DNA from: Lama guanicoe
Taxonomy: Eukaryota
DNA length: 64,000 bases
Direction: 5' to 3'
Assembly (NCBI GenBank): GCA_013239625.1
Contig: MU054212.1
Span: 6,856,270 to 6,920,269 of the forward strand
This document shows positions 51,081 through 64,000 of this stretch, piece after piece (the first letter of the stretch is position 1; every line of letters starts with the position of its first letter). Both the position numbers and the translations under genes were made by a program. A model generated the notes under the pieces. That model had not been told where the DNA came from, did no database searches, and was given only the letters and a program-made list of their open reading frames with translations.

Positions 51081-54000
51081 GAATACTGACTAATAAACTC
51101 TCCTTCTAAGCACTGTTTGTCATATACATATTCACACACATCATATACATACATGTGTAAAATATTTACTATATTATGCTAAATATATGTCTTTAATTTT
51201 ATACTAACATATTTATAAAATATATAACACATTTAATATATGTACATAGTAACGTTATATTTTAAACTTCTTTACCTCTGTATGTTGAAATCTTCCTTTT
51301 CAGTTATTTAAAATATAATGCTTCCAACATTCATTTATCTGAATATATGGATTCTCTGTGGACTCCTTAGATGTTAGTGGATATCCCTCTCATACTGACG
51401 CTACACATGGCAGCATATCTAAGCAGTGCTAGAGATTTTGGTGTAGTTAAAATTATGCTCTCTGTTCAAGTTCTGTAGCATTCCTCCCCTAGATTTTATT
51501 CTTAAAGGCCAAATCCCCACAATAGCTTGGTATTTTTAACCGATTACTTTGCAGTTTTCACAGCAGAGAGAAAAATGAAATCTCTGATGCAGTCTACAAA
51601 TGCAGTCGTCAAGTCTGTGGAAGACACCTCAGCGCACCCCATCAGCTGCGCCTGTACAGTGCGCCACTCTCAGGAATGGGCGCTGCACGGAGAACTTGGA
51701 GGAGAGGAATGGAGGCCCATAGAGATCTCCTGAGGCAAAGTGCAGAAGCTACAGGGCATTTTTTTTTAAGGTGCCCTACAGCCTCCAACATGGATGAAAA
51801 TAGGGTAATTATGAATTCCAAGACAACACAGACTATTTTAGAAAAAATTTCCACGCCTGGAATCCAGCACCTCCTTCAGTCTGTCCTACATGTAATGCGA
51901 GAGGAATGTGGATTCAGTTTCTGGTGATTAACAGGAAAAGAGAGTTTTCTACCTCTCTTAACAAACTACTCTTATTCATTTACCACACTCCTTTCAGTTC
52001 TTATACAAATAGCATCTCAGCTAAGCTAGACTTTGAAATTGCTGATCCTTGGCATTTAAAGTGAGAAAAAAATAAATACAATTATTAAGATAGTAAAATC
52101 ATGTGCCCTACTTTATTATTTTTATAATGCTTTCTAATTAATCAGTAAACACCCGTGGACTGAATTCATTTATTAAAGATCTACAGACCCCATAGAGAAA
52201 ATATAAAGAACTGAAGGTTAAATTATACGATGATTTGTGGGAAACCTAGAATTTTATCCAGGAAGTAAAAATTTCTTAATGAAGCATCAAGTCATTTTCC
52301 TCCAAATACTGAGAACCTACTAAGTAGAAGGGCCTACGCTAGGTGGGGCATCACTAGGGCACCAGGGCACAGAAATGAATCAAGAATCCGATCCTCATAT
52401 GGCTTATTTAGGATACCACACACATTAATTTTACATTACCCTCTTATTTAGTCACCTCACTTCAGACTATTGAATCAAGATGTCCATGACCATAATTGCA
52501 AAGAACGTAAAGTTTTGAAGGAAGCCTTGGAAGCCATGATCTCTCTATACGGAGAAAATCTGTGACTAACGTTTTGCTCTGCACCACGGACTGCATCACA
52601 TAATCTGTCACTGTCCAAATACAATTTTCTTTTTTTGTAAATGAGTCAGTCACAAACCTCTGATTGCGCCATTTCAAATGCAAATAATTCTGTTCCAACT
52701 GCCTCTTTACATTAGCTAAATGAAGTCATCAGTAACCAAAATTGGAGAAAATCTTAACACAACTGCCATAAACAACTTTTAAAGTTTTATATCCCATAAG
52801 AATGAAACCGTTATGAGATAGTTAAGATTCATTAGAGATACCCAACCCTGATATGACTCATATTCAAAAACAATAATACTTTCCCCCATAACCAACAGTG
52901 GCCAGAGCAAATTATAATCAAAGATAGATTTCGTGGAGGGTGATGATACCATTCGATTTAAGGAATTAAAAATACATGAAACTTTTGAGTTAATGAACAG
53001 GGTCCTTAACTGCTCATTTAATTCAAACAGCTGTTTGTTAATGCCCTAAGCAGTGTCATAAACTGTGAAAATACTGTTGAGTGCAAGACACTAGTTAATG
53101 CTATAAAGCAACACATGCTCTAATATTAAAAGGATTTAATGGGATTAATAGAGAATAAAACATTAACTCCCTATTATGATGTTTTAGAACCCAAGGGCAA
53201 ATTCTGGCTAAAAAGGACTCTGGTTCTAAAACCACAAAAAGTAAACTCCAGCACTGTACAGCAAATCATGGCAATTTTATGCCCTTGAAAAAAAGTGGAA
53301 CCCTGATAAGATCACATCTGTTCCAATCACATACTGGATAAAATCACTGTTTACTAAAGTCCTAAATAACTAAAAATGTGGAACCCCAACAGGATCCCAT
53401 CTGTTAATGCTACAACTTGGATATGGTCCCATTAGAAAAATTCCATATAATAATGTTCCAGCATAAAATAGTGAAGAATTTAGACTTCATTTCATCAATT
53501 TTGCCTATAGACTTATATGCTGATTTTCTGCACCTATACATTATGTGATCTACAATGCTTATGGGTAGCTGCTATGATTTTAATAGATGAAACCAAAACT
53601 GAATTGCAATAACAAATTTCAAAGTCTTTCTCTATGAATTTCAGAAATTGTAGTCAATTTCTGATATTATTCCATTATTCAATTCCTTATATTGCATTAC
53701 AGATTATTTTCATGAGAAACATTATAATATAAATAATTTTATAATATAAATCACAATACAAAATTTATAACAATGTCCTGTTTCAACATTTTAGCTATTT
53801 GCAAGTACATGAAGAATTTCAATTTTGGATTAAATACAGACTTTACAACTCAGAGAGAAATGCTTTCACATTTAATACTGTCTTGTTAATGTCATATTTA
53901 ACTCTACAGCATAGCTAAATTCCATTTTAAACTTAATATTAAGATAGCTGCAAACTGAAAGATATAATTATTATTGAAGAATGAGGATTGGTGGATTAAA

Positions 54001-54199
54001 AGTTAAAATGGTTTTAGTGAGGTTCAAGAGATTAAATAATTGAAATGTATGTAAAAATACAAGACTGTAATTTTTGGAATATATTTTATCATTAACCATC
54101 ATAATATTTTAATTTTTTTAGAATATTACAAAAATGGAGTTTTTCAGATTTTTGTTTTAAGGAAATATTAAACAAATTTGCCACCATGTTTTTGCAACA

Positions 54200-54410
54200 T
54201 TATTAAGTATTAGGCACTGTGCTAAATCATTATATAGTTTCATTTAATATTCACAAAAATCCATGAATATGTAGTGTTGTTATACCCATTTTACAGATGA
54301 GAAAAGCCTTAGAAAGGTAAAACCAAGTTCCCAGGATTAAATTCTGAGGGTTAAAAACCAGGAGTATCTAGTTGCAAAGCTCATGTTTCTACCCACTGCT
54401 CTGTGCTGCC
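54200..54410 (-). mobile_element. MIR SINE
   Basis: 'taggcactgtgctaaa...tatacccattttacagatgagaaaa'. Confidence 0.85.
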
Positions 54411-55469
54411 CCAACAAGCATTCTCTTTGCATAGAATATAAAATACTTAAGACTAATAAAAATAAGCATGTTAATTAATAACCATGGCTGAGATTAATGA
54501 AAACATTTTAGCTGGATCACTTCCAAAAATTTCTACTTGCAAGAAATATATTAACTTCCTCTTAGGGTCTTCAAATTGGACACATGGGTACATTGGGCAC
54601 GTTAATATTTTGTTTCCTTTCAATCCATTTCTAGATTGAGTTGTGTGCTTCTTTGTATTGGACAAAAAGGAATTATACAATTCATCAAAATTTTCCTTTG
54701 CCCTGGCTGCCAGCAAATTTCAAGCCAAATTTATTTAAATATCTATTCAACATTGATTCAGCTGGGACGGGGGATGCACCAGCAAGAGGGCAGGTTGTTT
54801 TACTTCCACTTCAGCACGCTATATCCTTTGATAGATGAAATTAAAATTTGTCTTTTATGTATGAAGTTGTATGTGGAGCTCTGAGCTAATGGGAGCCGGA
54901 TTTCCAAATTATTCCATTGATGTCTTATTGAATGGCATTTTAATGATTGAATTCATGATGATTAATTTTCTAACTGAAAATATTTATGAGAAAGTTATAA
55001 AGGTCATTTAAACTATCAATTACTGTAGCTTCTCTCAACTCTGTTCCTATATTAAGTCAGTCTTCTATAAATGCAGCACAGTTAAATTACATAAACATAA
55101 TTTCCTGCAAATATAACCTCACTAACTAGAAAAAGGTTCTGTTTAAAAATATTTGAAGACTTGTCAGTTTTAAAGCCATCAAAAGAAATGGCAAAAGTAA
55201 TTCATGTCCACAGAAAAGTTACAAAACTCAGAGTAATGAAAGTCATTTCAAAATTAAGTGGTATTATTCTTTCATGGAAAACTTTTATTAGAAGTATTTC
55301 CTTGACTATCATATAAACTAACTATCTTCAAATTATAAACATCATAATTTCCAAATAACAATTAAAGGCATGATTCTTTACGTTAACTGTACTAATTCAT
55401 CCACATGATGCTTTTCTTACAGAATTTAAGTATCAGAAAAATATTTGTTGCACTGGATGATTGTTTTAA

Positions 55470-55650
55470 AGAAATGAGTATGAATTTGGTAGACCTGTAT
55501 CAGCTACATAAACTTGGAGGAATTACTTCACTGAGCTTCAGTTTCCTTAACTGTAAATAAGAATATAACATAAAGCCACATCGAGCTGAGTGACTTAGCC
55601 ATGAAAAATCACTAAACACAGTGTCTGGCCCAAGTTAGGCCCTTGACAAA
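55470..55650 (+). mobile_element. MIR SINE
   Basis: 'ctgagcttcagtttccttaactgtaaat...cacagtgtctggccca'. Confidence 0.7.
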
Positions 55651-58600
55651 TACCACCTTTCTCTCTCCATATTTCTAGATATAATCTGTGCTTCCTCTTT
55701 TGAAGAAAATAAAATGACACAGTTCTTCATTTTTTTTTTGTTTGTTTAGGTTGTCTCAAAACTCAATTTTTTTTTGCATTATTTATGTTACCTCGAACAT
55801 TTTTCTCCTTTTTGGATTTGCTTCTGGTCTCATTTTTTCCCTTTTTCTTTTTTTTGAATGACTGTTTTAGCTGCCTGGATTTCATCTATACTTTAATTGT
55901 GTAAACTGTCTCTGATGGGTTTATGAAAATGTTGGCGGGGGTTATGGATGAGTAAATCAGGTATGATTTTTATTGAATTACTTTGTTAAAATTGTTCACT
56001 GTGGAAACATATCCAAAACTGGAAAAGAAAAAAATTTAAGGCGAAAATAATTTGCCATATACCCTATTTGAAATGTTTGAATTACAGGCAGCTTTTCAAG
56101 AATGTGTTTGACAAATGTCTTCCTGTAATGGAGTATAGAGGATGCACTGTTGAAAGCAAGTTCATTGGTTATTATTAATTGGTCCTTTTTTTAATTGAAA
56201 GGCATTTATTCCTTAAGGTGTCTTTTGATAAATTAACATACATCAGGTAGATAAAAAAATTGGTTTCAAATATTTGAAACAATTCAAGATTATCTGCACA
56301 TATACAATTATCCATAGTTAAGAAAACTATTATTTATTATAAAATCTAAAAATACAATAAAACGAGTAATTTATTTTTTAGAAGCAGCATTAATGAAAAA
56401 AGAAGTGTGAGCTTTTCTTTCAGTTTGAAAACTGTACATTCCTCAATAAATAGTACCTATTTCTTTCTCTTTGTTGTTAAGAATGGCAAACACAATTTTT
56501 CCAAATAGTGTTAACAATATGCCATTAACAGAGTAATTCCACAAATAAAACTATAAATACCATGTAAACAGTGGTGGCTTGCTGGAAAAAATGCTTTTAT
56601 AGTTTACTGTCCTATTTCTTTCATTACCAATGGTAATTTGTAATGATGATGTAGTAATACAGCAGAATTAAAATAAAAAAGAAAAGTTTGCAACAGATTT
56701 CAATTCCCTAACCCTAAAAGTTGTTAAAGGCATTTTAATTTCCCAAAGCAAAAAAGACAATTGTATACTATATTCTATTTTAAGTCTAACCTTATTAAAA
56801 ATAAAAACAACATTAAAGAAAACTATTCTCCATCTGAAGCAAGTGGAATTTATGTTAGTAACTCCAATTAACTCTAATGGGAGTTACATGAATAAATCTC
56901 CAAAGCACTGAGAAGAAAGGAGTTTTGCTATTATAGGGAATGCAGAGAAAGCCTAGACATGATTTCATGCAGACTACTGAAATGTCACTAAAACATCTGC
57001 GAAAACTGGTCAACAGACAGGAAAATATTTTAAATTTTGATATGATGAATTTGTATGTCATTATAGAATCAAATATATGGAAAACTATCAACCGTTTAGT
57101 AGAATTTTTAAAGAAGTTCATATTTTTTTTGATTCTAGACTGAATTGAGGAATGAAACTACTTTAAGAGAAAATATGTAAATTTAATTACCCCTAACCCA
57201 GTGCCCTCTAGGTTATGTAGAAAGGAAATACCTTTTCTGACTACTGTGAACACGCTTATTTCTTAGAGCCCACTGCGATATACGCTTTAATTTTTTTTCT
57301 AAATTAAAAATCTTTTTAAACCAATTTCCACAATAAGCAGATGAGGTGTCTGTTATTATTTTATAGATTTTAAATATTTCAGTGATTAGAGAGTCTATTG
57401 ATATTGGGCCAGATTGCTCATATGAGCTCTGCAGATGCTTCTGACTTTGGACCCTTAATCCCAGGTTCTGAGAAGCCACACTTCATAGGGTTCTTTGTGT
57501 AGAGTCTATTTTAATATGTGCCTATTTATGAATGACAATTTTTGAAACAGTGATTGAAAGTCTACATCCCTAATTATCTCAAAATTTTAAGAAGTTTTCT
57601 TACACTGATTAGAAGATACTGATTCAGTACTATTTGAATAAAAAAAAGCAGATATATAATGAAGTGTATCAACAGCTTCAAAATTTTGAGATACACTTCT
57701 GAAAAGGTACTTCATATGATGAAGGAAAAGATGAAAATCATTAAGTGTGCTGAAATGGTGATAATCTTGCTTCCATTAGAAGCTTGTTAGACTTGAGTCA
57801 ACCACTTTCCTCTTCATGTAAGTGCACAAGAAAAGAAAAAAATTAAAGAATATGTACATAATGCTACCAATTCATGGATTAAAGTTTGCATCTGAAAGGT
57901 AAGTTATAATTAAGGATTCCATAATAATTTTAGGTCTCTAGGAAGAGTCTTTTTAGAACAAGTTAGTCTGCTTTTTCTATTTATTTATATTCTACAAGCA
58001 TTTTTGGTTTTAGGAAAATATTCCTAAACATACTTAGGGAGTGTCTTTTGTATGTTTTATGAATGTTCATAGTTCACAGTTGGAATAATTGAAAAAGGTT
58101 TTACCAAGAGATTGTGTCCAACATCTGCTTAGATCTCAAGTTTCTTTCAACATGTGCCTATTTGCAACTGGCCGTTTCTAAGACAGTGATTACAAGCCTG
58201 CATGCTTAATTATTTCAAATGTTTCAAGAAATTTTCTAATGATGACCAGAAATTTTTAATGCAATTGAGAAATATTAATGGTAACTACAAAGGTTAGCTA
58301 CTAGCTACTGAAGCATGTAATTTATTCTGTCCACATATAAGGAATACATTTTCATAGCTGGGTTTTCAGAAAATGGTCACTGACTTCAAACAAGATTTAT
58401 ATTTTGAATACTATATTTGAAACAACCAAAACATCCCTTTTCTCTTCCCTCCCTCCCACTTTCCCTCTGTCCCTTCCTTCCATCCTTCCCTTATTTCTGT
58501 TTCTCTTCTTCCCCTCTTCCTATAATTATTAAGTAGCTAGTAAGTGTCAGATTCTATGCTAATACTCAGGATAAAAACTTGCTTCTTATAATGTAGTATA

Positions 58601-58854
58601 CATGAGAAACACTGAGTTTTCACATCTGTTTCTTTCATTAGAAGAGAGAAGATACTAGCATTGTTAAAGCAATGAAATCTTCCTGGCACCAAGCCAAAGA
58701 GCAAGTGCTAATTTTAAAAAAGGAACAAAAGATATTATATATTTCTGCCATTCATAATTTGTAGAATTCTAATCCAGTATTTCATAAGACTTAAAACTAA
58801 ACCAACATTCCATTAAAATGGAATATTTAAAATATGGAGTGATATTTCAGGGAA

Positions 58855-61047
58855 AAAACTAATGAGGTGAAAGAACTATACTCTGAAAACTATAAGCATT
58901 CATGAAGGACTCTGAAAACAATACAAAGAAATGGAAATGTATCCCATGTTCCTGGACTGGAAGAATTAATACTGTTAAAATGTCTATACTACTCAAAGCA
59001 ATCTACAGATTTAATAGAATCTCTATCAAAATACCCATGATATTTTTCACAGAACTAGAACAAATAATCTTAAAATCTGTATGAAACCACAAAGGTCTCC
59101 CAAAAATCTGCCAAAGCAATCCCGAGAAAAAGAACAAAAGAAAGCTAAAGGTACACTGCTGTCTGATGTCCAACTATACTACAAAGCTACAGCAATCAAA
59201 ACAGTGTGATACTGGCCCAAAAACATAGATCAATGGAACAAAATAGAGAGCTCAGAAATAAACCCATGCACACATGGTAACTAATCAATGACAAAAGAAG
59301 TAAGAATATAAAATGTAAAAAAGATAATCTTTTCAATAAGTGGTGCCAGGAAAACTGGACAGCTACATGTAAAGAAATGAAATTGGAATATTTCCTTACA
59401 CTACATAAAAAAATAAACTCAAAACAGGTTAACAACCTAAATGGAATATCTGAAACCATAAAATTTCCAGAAGAAAATATAGGCAGAACACTCTTTCACC
59501 TAAATTGTAGTAATTATTTTTTTGGATCTGTCTCCTAAGGCAAAAGAAATAAAAGCAAAAATAAGCAAATGGGACCTACTCAAACTTTAAAGCTTTTGCA
59601 AAGCAAAGAAACCACTGACAAAACAAACAGACAACCTGCTACTGAATGGTAGACAATATCTGCCAATGGTATGAGTGATAAGATGTTAACTCCCAAAATT
59701 TATAAACAGCTCATACAACTCAGTATCAAGAAAAAATAAAGAACTGAATTAAAAAATGGGAAGAACACCTGAATAGACTTTTTCCCAAAGAAGACACAGA
59801 TGGCAAACAGGCATATGAAAAGATTCTCAACACTGCTAATCATCAAAGAAATGCAAATCAAAATCAAAATTAGATATCACCTCATACCTGTCAAAATGAT
59901 CATCAAAAAGTCTACAAATCACAAATGTTGGTGAGGATGTGGAGAAAAGGGAACTCTAGTACAATGTTGGTGGGACCGTAAATTGGTGAAGCCACTGTGC
60001 AAAACAGTATGGAGTTTTGTCAGAAAATTAAGAACCACCACATGATCCAGCAATCCCACTGCTGGGTATATATCTCAAGAAAATGGTAATTTGAAAAAGG
60101 TACATGCCTCAACATTTATAGCAGCCTTATTTACAACTGCTAAGATACAGAAGCAACTTAAGTGCCCATCAACAGATGAATGGATAAAGATGTGGTATAG
60201 ATATACAATGGAACATTACCCAGCCATAAAAAAGAATGAGCTTCTGTCATTTGCAACAATATGTACTCAATGTTATCACTTACATGTGGAATCTAAAAGA
60301 TAAAACAAACAAACGTTTATAACAAAACAGATACAGACACAGATAGAGAAAAGAAATTAGTGGTTACCAATGGGGAGAGGGAAGAGTGAGGGGGGAAGAC
60401 AGGGGTAAAACCATGGGTAAGTAGTCAAATCCATTTCATCCACCTCCACTAATCAAGGACTTGCATATCATCCAAGGGGCAAGTAGCCTAAACAGATGTT
60501 TTCCAGGAACTTGGAGTTAGCTGTGTTTAGTCTGAGCTGAGCTGGTTGAGACTGGATAGGACCACTGACCCTTCAACTGAGCATGTGACCTTCTGAATGT
60601 GCAGGGTAGCTTAGTTACTGCATTCACAGAACGATTATCACACCTTTTTTCAATCACCTTTCCCCACCCTCATCTTGCCTTGGACCTCCCTGCTTCTTTA
60701 TTCCTTATCCCTTACATATACACCCTAAGCCCCCTCCTTTCAGGGAGATGGATTTCAGATCTGTTCTGCTATCTCCTCACTTGGATGCCTTGAGAAAAAA
60801 CCCTTTCCTTGCTGCAAATCTCAGGGTCTGTATTTCAGCAAAATGAACTTGGTTCAGTAACAAGGGTCTGGGATTAAGAGACAAAAACTACTATGTATAA
60901 AATAAGCAACAGGGATATATTGTACAGCACAGAGAAATATAGCCATTATTTTGTAAATGGAGTATTATTTATAAAAATATTGAATCATTATGTGGTACAC
61001 TTGAAACTAATATAATATTGTAAATCAACTACACTGAAGTTTAAAAA
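58855..61047 (+). mobile_element. 5'-truncated L1 (ORF2 3' part and 3' UTR) interrupted by an LTR
   Basis: ORF 58902-59084 [30 protein letters not shown] matches L1 ORF2. ORF 60091-60303 FIAALFTTAK...KCPSTDEWIK. 3' end 'ttgaaactaatataatattgtaaatcaacta'. Confidence 0.95.
60405..60862 (+). mobile_element. ERV1-class solo LTR inserted in the L1 3' UTR
   Basis: Ends 'aaatgaacttggttcagtaaca'. 4-bp TSD aggg at 60401-60404 and 60863-60866. L1 sequence resumes immediately after. Confidence 0.8.
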
Positions 61048-63569
61048 TGCATTATTATTATTTATCATTTTCTCCTAAAGTGATGAATATTCAAGTGATA
61101 ATCATTATCTAAATAATATAGAGATGTAAACTGAAGCTAAGATGAAGGACAAGATATTTAAAATACTCATTAATTTTGTCACTAATAATGAAAAAGAGTC
61201 CCTTAGACTTGTTGCTGTAGCAAAAGTTAAATCTGGAAAGGACAACATATAAGTAACGTTAAATTTCAAATTTTATTTTTATCAAAAAAATAGTGGTCAA
61301 GCTGTTGATAAATATATAAAGCTTAGTAGGGCCAACTGCATGGCATACATGAAATACTTCCACATATTATAATAAAGCATAAACATATAAATTAAAAACT
61401 GTCTCATTTTAAAATATCATAGAGAAGTATATCAAAAATCTATCTGATCTAGCAGTGCATGTTATAAAAAAATACCCTAAGTTTTCCTGATACAGAAATA
61501 ATTTTCATCTTAGAATTACACAGAATTATATAAAAATACATACAATTAAAAAAAGAAATCACAAAGTGACAACACTCTGTATATGACCTAGCCTATCTCT
61601 TTAATGGGACACGTTTCATCTTTCAGATAATGCGGTTATCTTTTTGGGTGTGTGTATCTTTGATTGCTTGGGCAATCTCACCAATGCTATCACAGAACCT
61701 GCTGTGAACTTTGCATGACTCATTTTGTGAATCTGCCTCTTTTGACCATATCTGAAGATCTCACCTAACTTGGGATGAGTCGGGCACTGATCGTAACTTT
61801 CACCCTGTGTGACAGACTGGTTTGTTTTTTGGTTTTGGGTTTTTTTTTTTTTGATAGACTGGCCCTACTAGCTTTCCAACACCCCTCTTCTGGTAATAGA
61901 CCTTGACTCTCAGCCACAGAGGTAGGTTTGTGACCAAATGCAATTGATTTTAGTTGCCTATTTTATAGAAAAACTAAAATTTTGAAACACCTTATCAGTC
62001 TGTACAAATGCGCCAAAAAATATCTAAAAAGACCCATACGCATTCAGAAAATTCACCATGAAGAAGGGGAAAATCTGACCCTGGGCTCTCCTGTGGGAGA
62101 GCAAGTTTAGGTAGAGTCTGCCACATCTTCCAAGGGACTGTGAGCAGGCAGGAGGGGGACGTCAATTGTGTGAGCTTAAACTAAAAGAGCTGAGGCCAGA
62201 GAACTGAGGCAGTGACCAGCCCTGCCTCCTGTGGTGTGAAACAAAAGTAACTGGGATTAATACTTCGAGGAGACATGTCTCTTTTCTCCCCATACACCTT
62301 AATAAATTACTACAAGATCAGCAGATCATCTGCCCAGGAGCAATGGTAACTGGTGACTATCTTGATAAACAAGGAAGGAGAAAATGTCTATCCCACTTCA
62401 GGGGCACTTCTTTCCCATGACGACACTATGAGCCAGCAGAAACACAGGAAAGCTTTCCAATCGGATTTCTTATTTTCCCTCTTCAGGGTAAGGATAACTA
62501 GAGTTGATTCCTTAGCCTGAGCAGTAAGCCCTTGGTTGAGGGGTGGTGAGGGTGGTCAGAGGGTGTTGGATTTAGCAACAGAGAAAGAAAGACTGAGTAA
62601 TCAAAGAATAATATATGTGTGGTTTACAGGATCAAGGCTTGGGGTCACTGAATTTGACTGTTAAAAAAGTGAAACCTCATTTTGGAAGAAACAAGACACA
62701 CTGTTTAATTCAATTACACAATTCAAAGTTAAATCAAATTTTACTTTGTATTTTTACTTTAGTGGTATCTTACTTTTCTGAAAATAGTATGTCCTCAATA
62801 AACTTGAAGACATAATTATTAAACAATTTTTGCACTCATTCAGTTCACACAGGAGCATTCACTGAGCATCATATACTATGTAGTGTCATTATCATGTACA
62901 AACACTTTTTTTTTAAGCAAATAATATATCAGGTTTCTATAACTTCAGTGTCTTCATTAAAATACAGTATCCGGTAAAACAAATGATTTTATAAGGAATT
63001 AAGTAAAAAAAAAAAACCACTACCCCTAAGTGGGTTAATATTAATACTAATGTAAATTTTGTTATTTTAGCATTTGTATAATTCACATCATTATAAATTC
63101 TTACTATTATTCATTCTATTTCTTGAAGAGAACCTCATCTATTTGAACTGATATTTGTTCTATATATACAAAGATTCAAAACCTTTCCATCTTTTGACTA
63201 GGTAACTTTGTCTTCTGTTCTATTTATACTTCATAAATCCATTATAAGCCCATCTGGAAAAGCAATTATTTCCAGGCATCAACTAATTTACTAGACTTCC
63301 TTCTCAATGGATATGTGGTTTCTACTTTAGACAACCAATTTCCATAGCAAATCAGGTGGATTTAGTGTCTGCATCCCTGTTTATACATAAGCTAAATTAA
63401 GAATGTTATCATCATAGATGTAGTTACTGGCCAAATAGAAGGTGAAAAACTTGGATGTCACAATCACACAGGAAATCAGTGAAGTCATGTCCAGAGCATT
63501 TTGCTTCAAGGCTCTTTCTGCTAAAGACATTACAACCCAACAGCTCTGTAATTCAATAGAGTAAGGGAA

Positions 63570-63750
63570 AGTGGACAGGGGCTTAGAATCTATTCTTTAG
63601 CCATTTGCTTTGTTGCACAAGTCATTTAATCTCAAGGCGTTTGAAGCTTCACATCTATGTGGAAATGATAACACCTAGCCTGATCTCACATGAGTTCAAA
63701 TGGGGAAACCTACTTAAAAATTATAAAGGTACTGCCATGTTTATCAACCA
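63570..63750 (+). mobile_element. MIR SINE
   Basis: 'caagtcatttaatctc...cttcacatctatgtggaaatgataacacctagcct'. Confidence 0.65.
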
Positions 63751-64000
63751 AACATGATGAAGCCTTGTTGTATGAGTGTTATGCTACTGGTAACATTCTA
63801 AACTTCCAGGAGACACCCAGTTGCTGAAGATCAGTTGTTCAGTTCTTTGGGTGTCAACTACTAATGAATGCTTATCCTCATCTACATGAGAAAACAAAGA
63901 AAAAAATCCTTATATGTTTTGCAAAGTACAAACGACATTCACGTTTGCTCTGCACTGGAAGACTCGGAGATTTATTTTACATTTAATATGAGAATTATAT

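Noticed and set aside
52466..52565. Plus-strand protein-like tail LLNQDVHDHNCKERKVLKEALEAMISLYGENL* after 'cacttcag'
   Set aside because: Isolated, no partner exons found, antisense to the better-supported exon chain, and of a length expected by chance.
56940..57143. 67-aa ATG ORF in unique DNA
   Set aside because: No recognisable homology or convincing donor site; plausible as an AT-rich chance ORF.
58902..60303. Active RT/L1 ORF2
   Set aside because: 5'-truncated with multiple stops and frameshifts.
61570..61800. Possible exon on either strand
   Set aside because: Acceptor-like sites are present but the frames close quickly and no consistent donor was found.
1..64000. CRISPR array, operon, defence system or known microRNA
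   Set aside because: The sequence is mammalian, with no regularly spaced direct repeats and no long ORFs. I recognised no mature miRNA by eye, though that check was not exhaustive.

Overview
AT-rich, CpG-poor mammalian genomic DNA, not prokaryotic. It is most likely camelid, judged from a young tRNA-Ala(AGC)-derived SINE resembling vic-1 and the absence of recognisable Alu, Bov-tA/BovB or PRE-1 copies. A large share of the window is fossil interspersed repeat: L1, L2, a long CR1/L3, MIR, MaLR/ERVL/ERV1 LTRs and hAT/Tigger MITEs. The supplied ORFs are essentially all spurious or repeat-derived. The main non-repeat signal is a chain of splice-site-bounded short exons on the minus strand (49828-49997, 48787-48810, 39626-39651, 36331-36379, terminal ~33630-33927 with two AATAAA signals). 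Four of these join in frame into a 68-aa ORF that I cannot assign to a known gene. Several repeat-free blocks rich in homeobox motifs look like enhancers. I found no support for a novel multi-gene system. Repeat subfamily names come from recalled consensus motifs rather than a database search, and boundaries are approximate.
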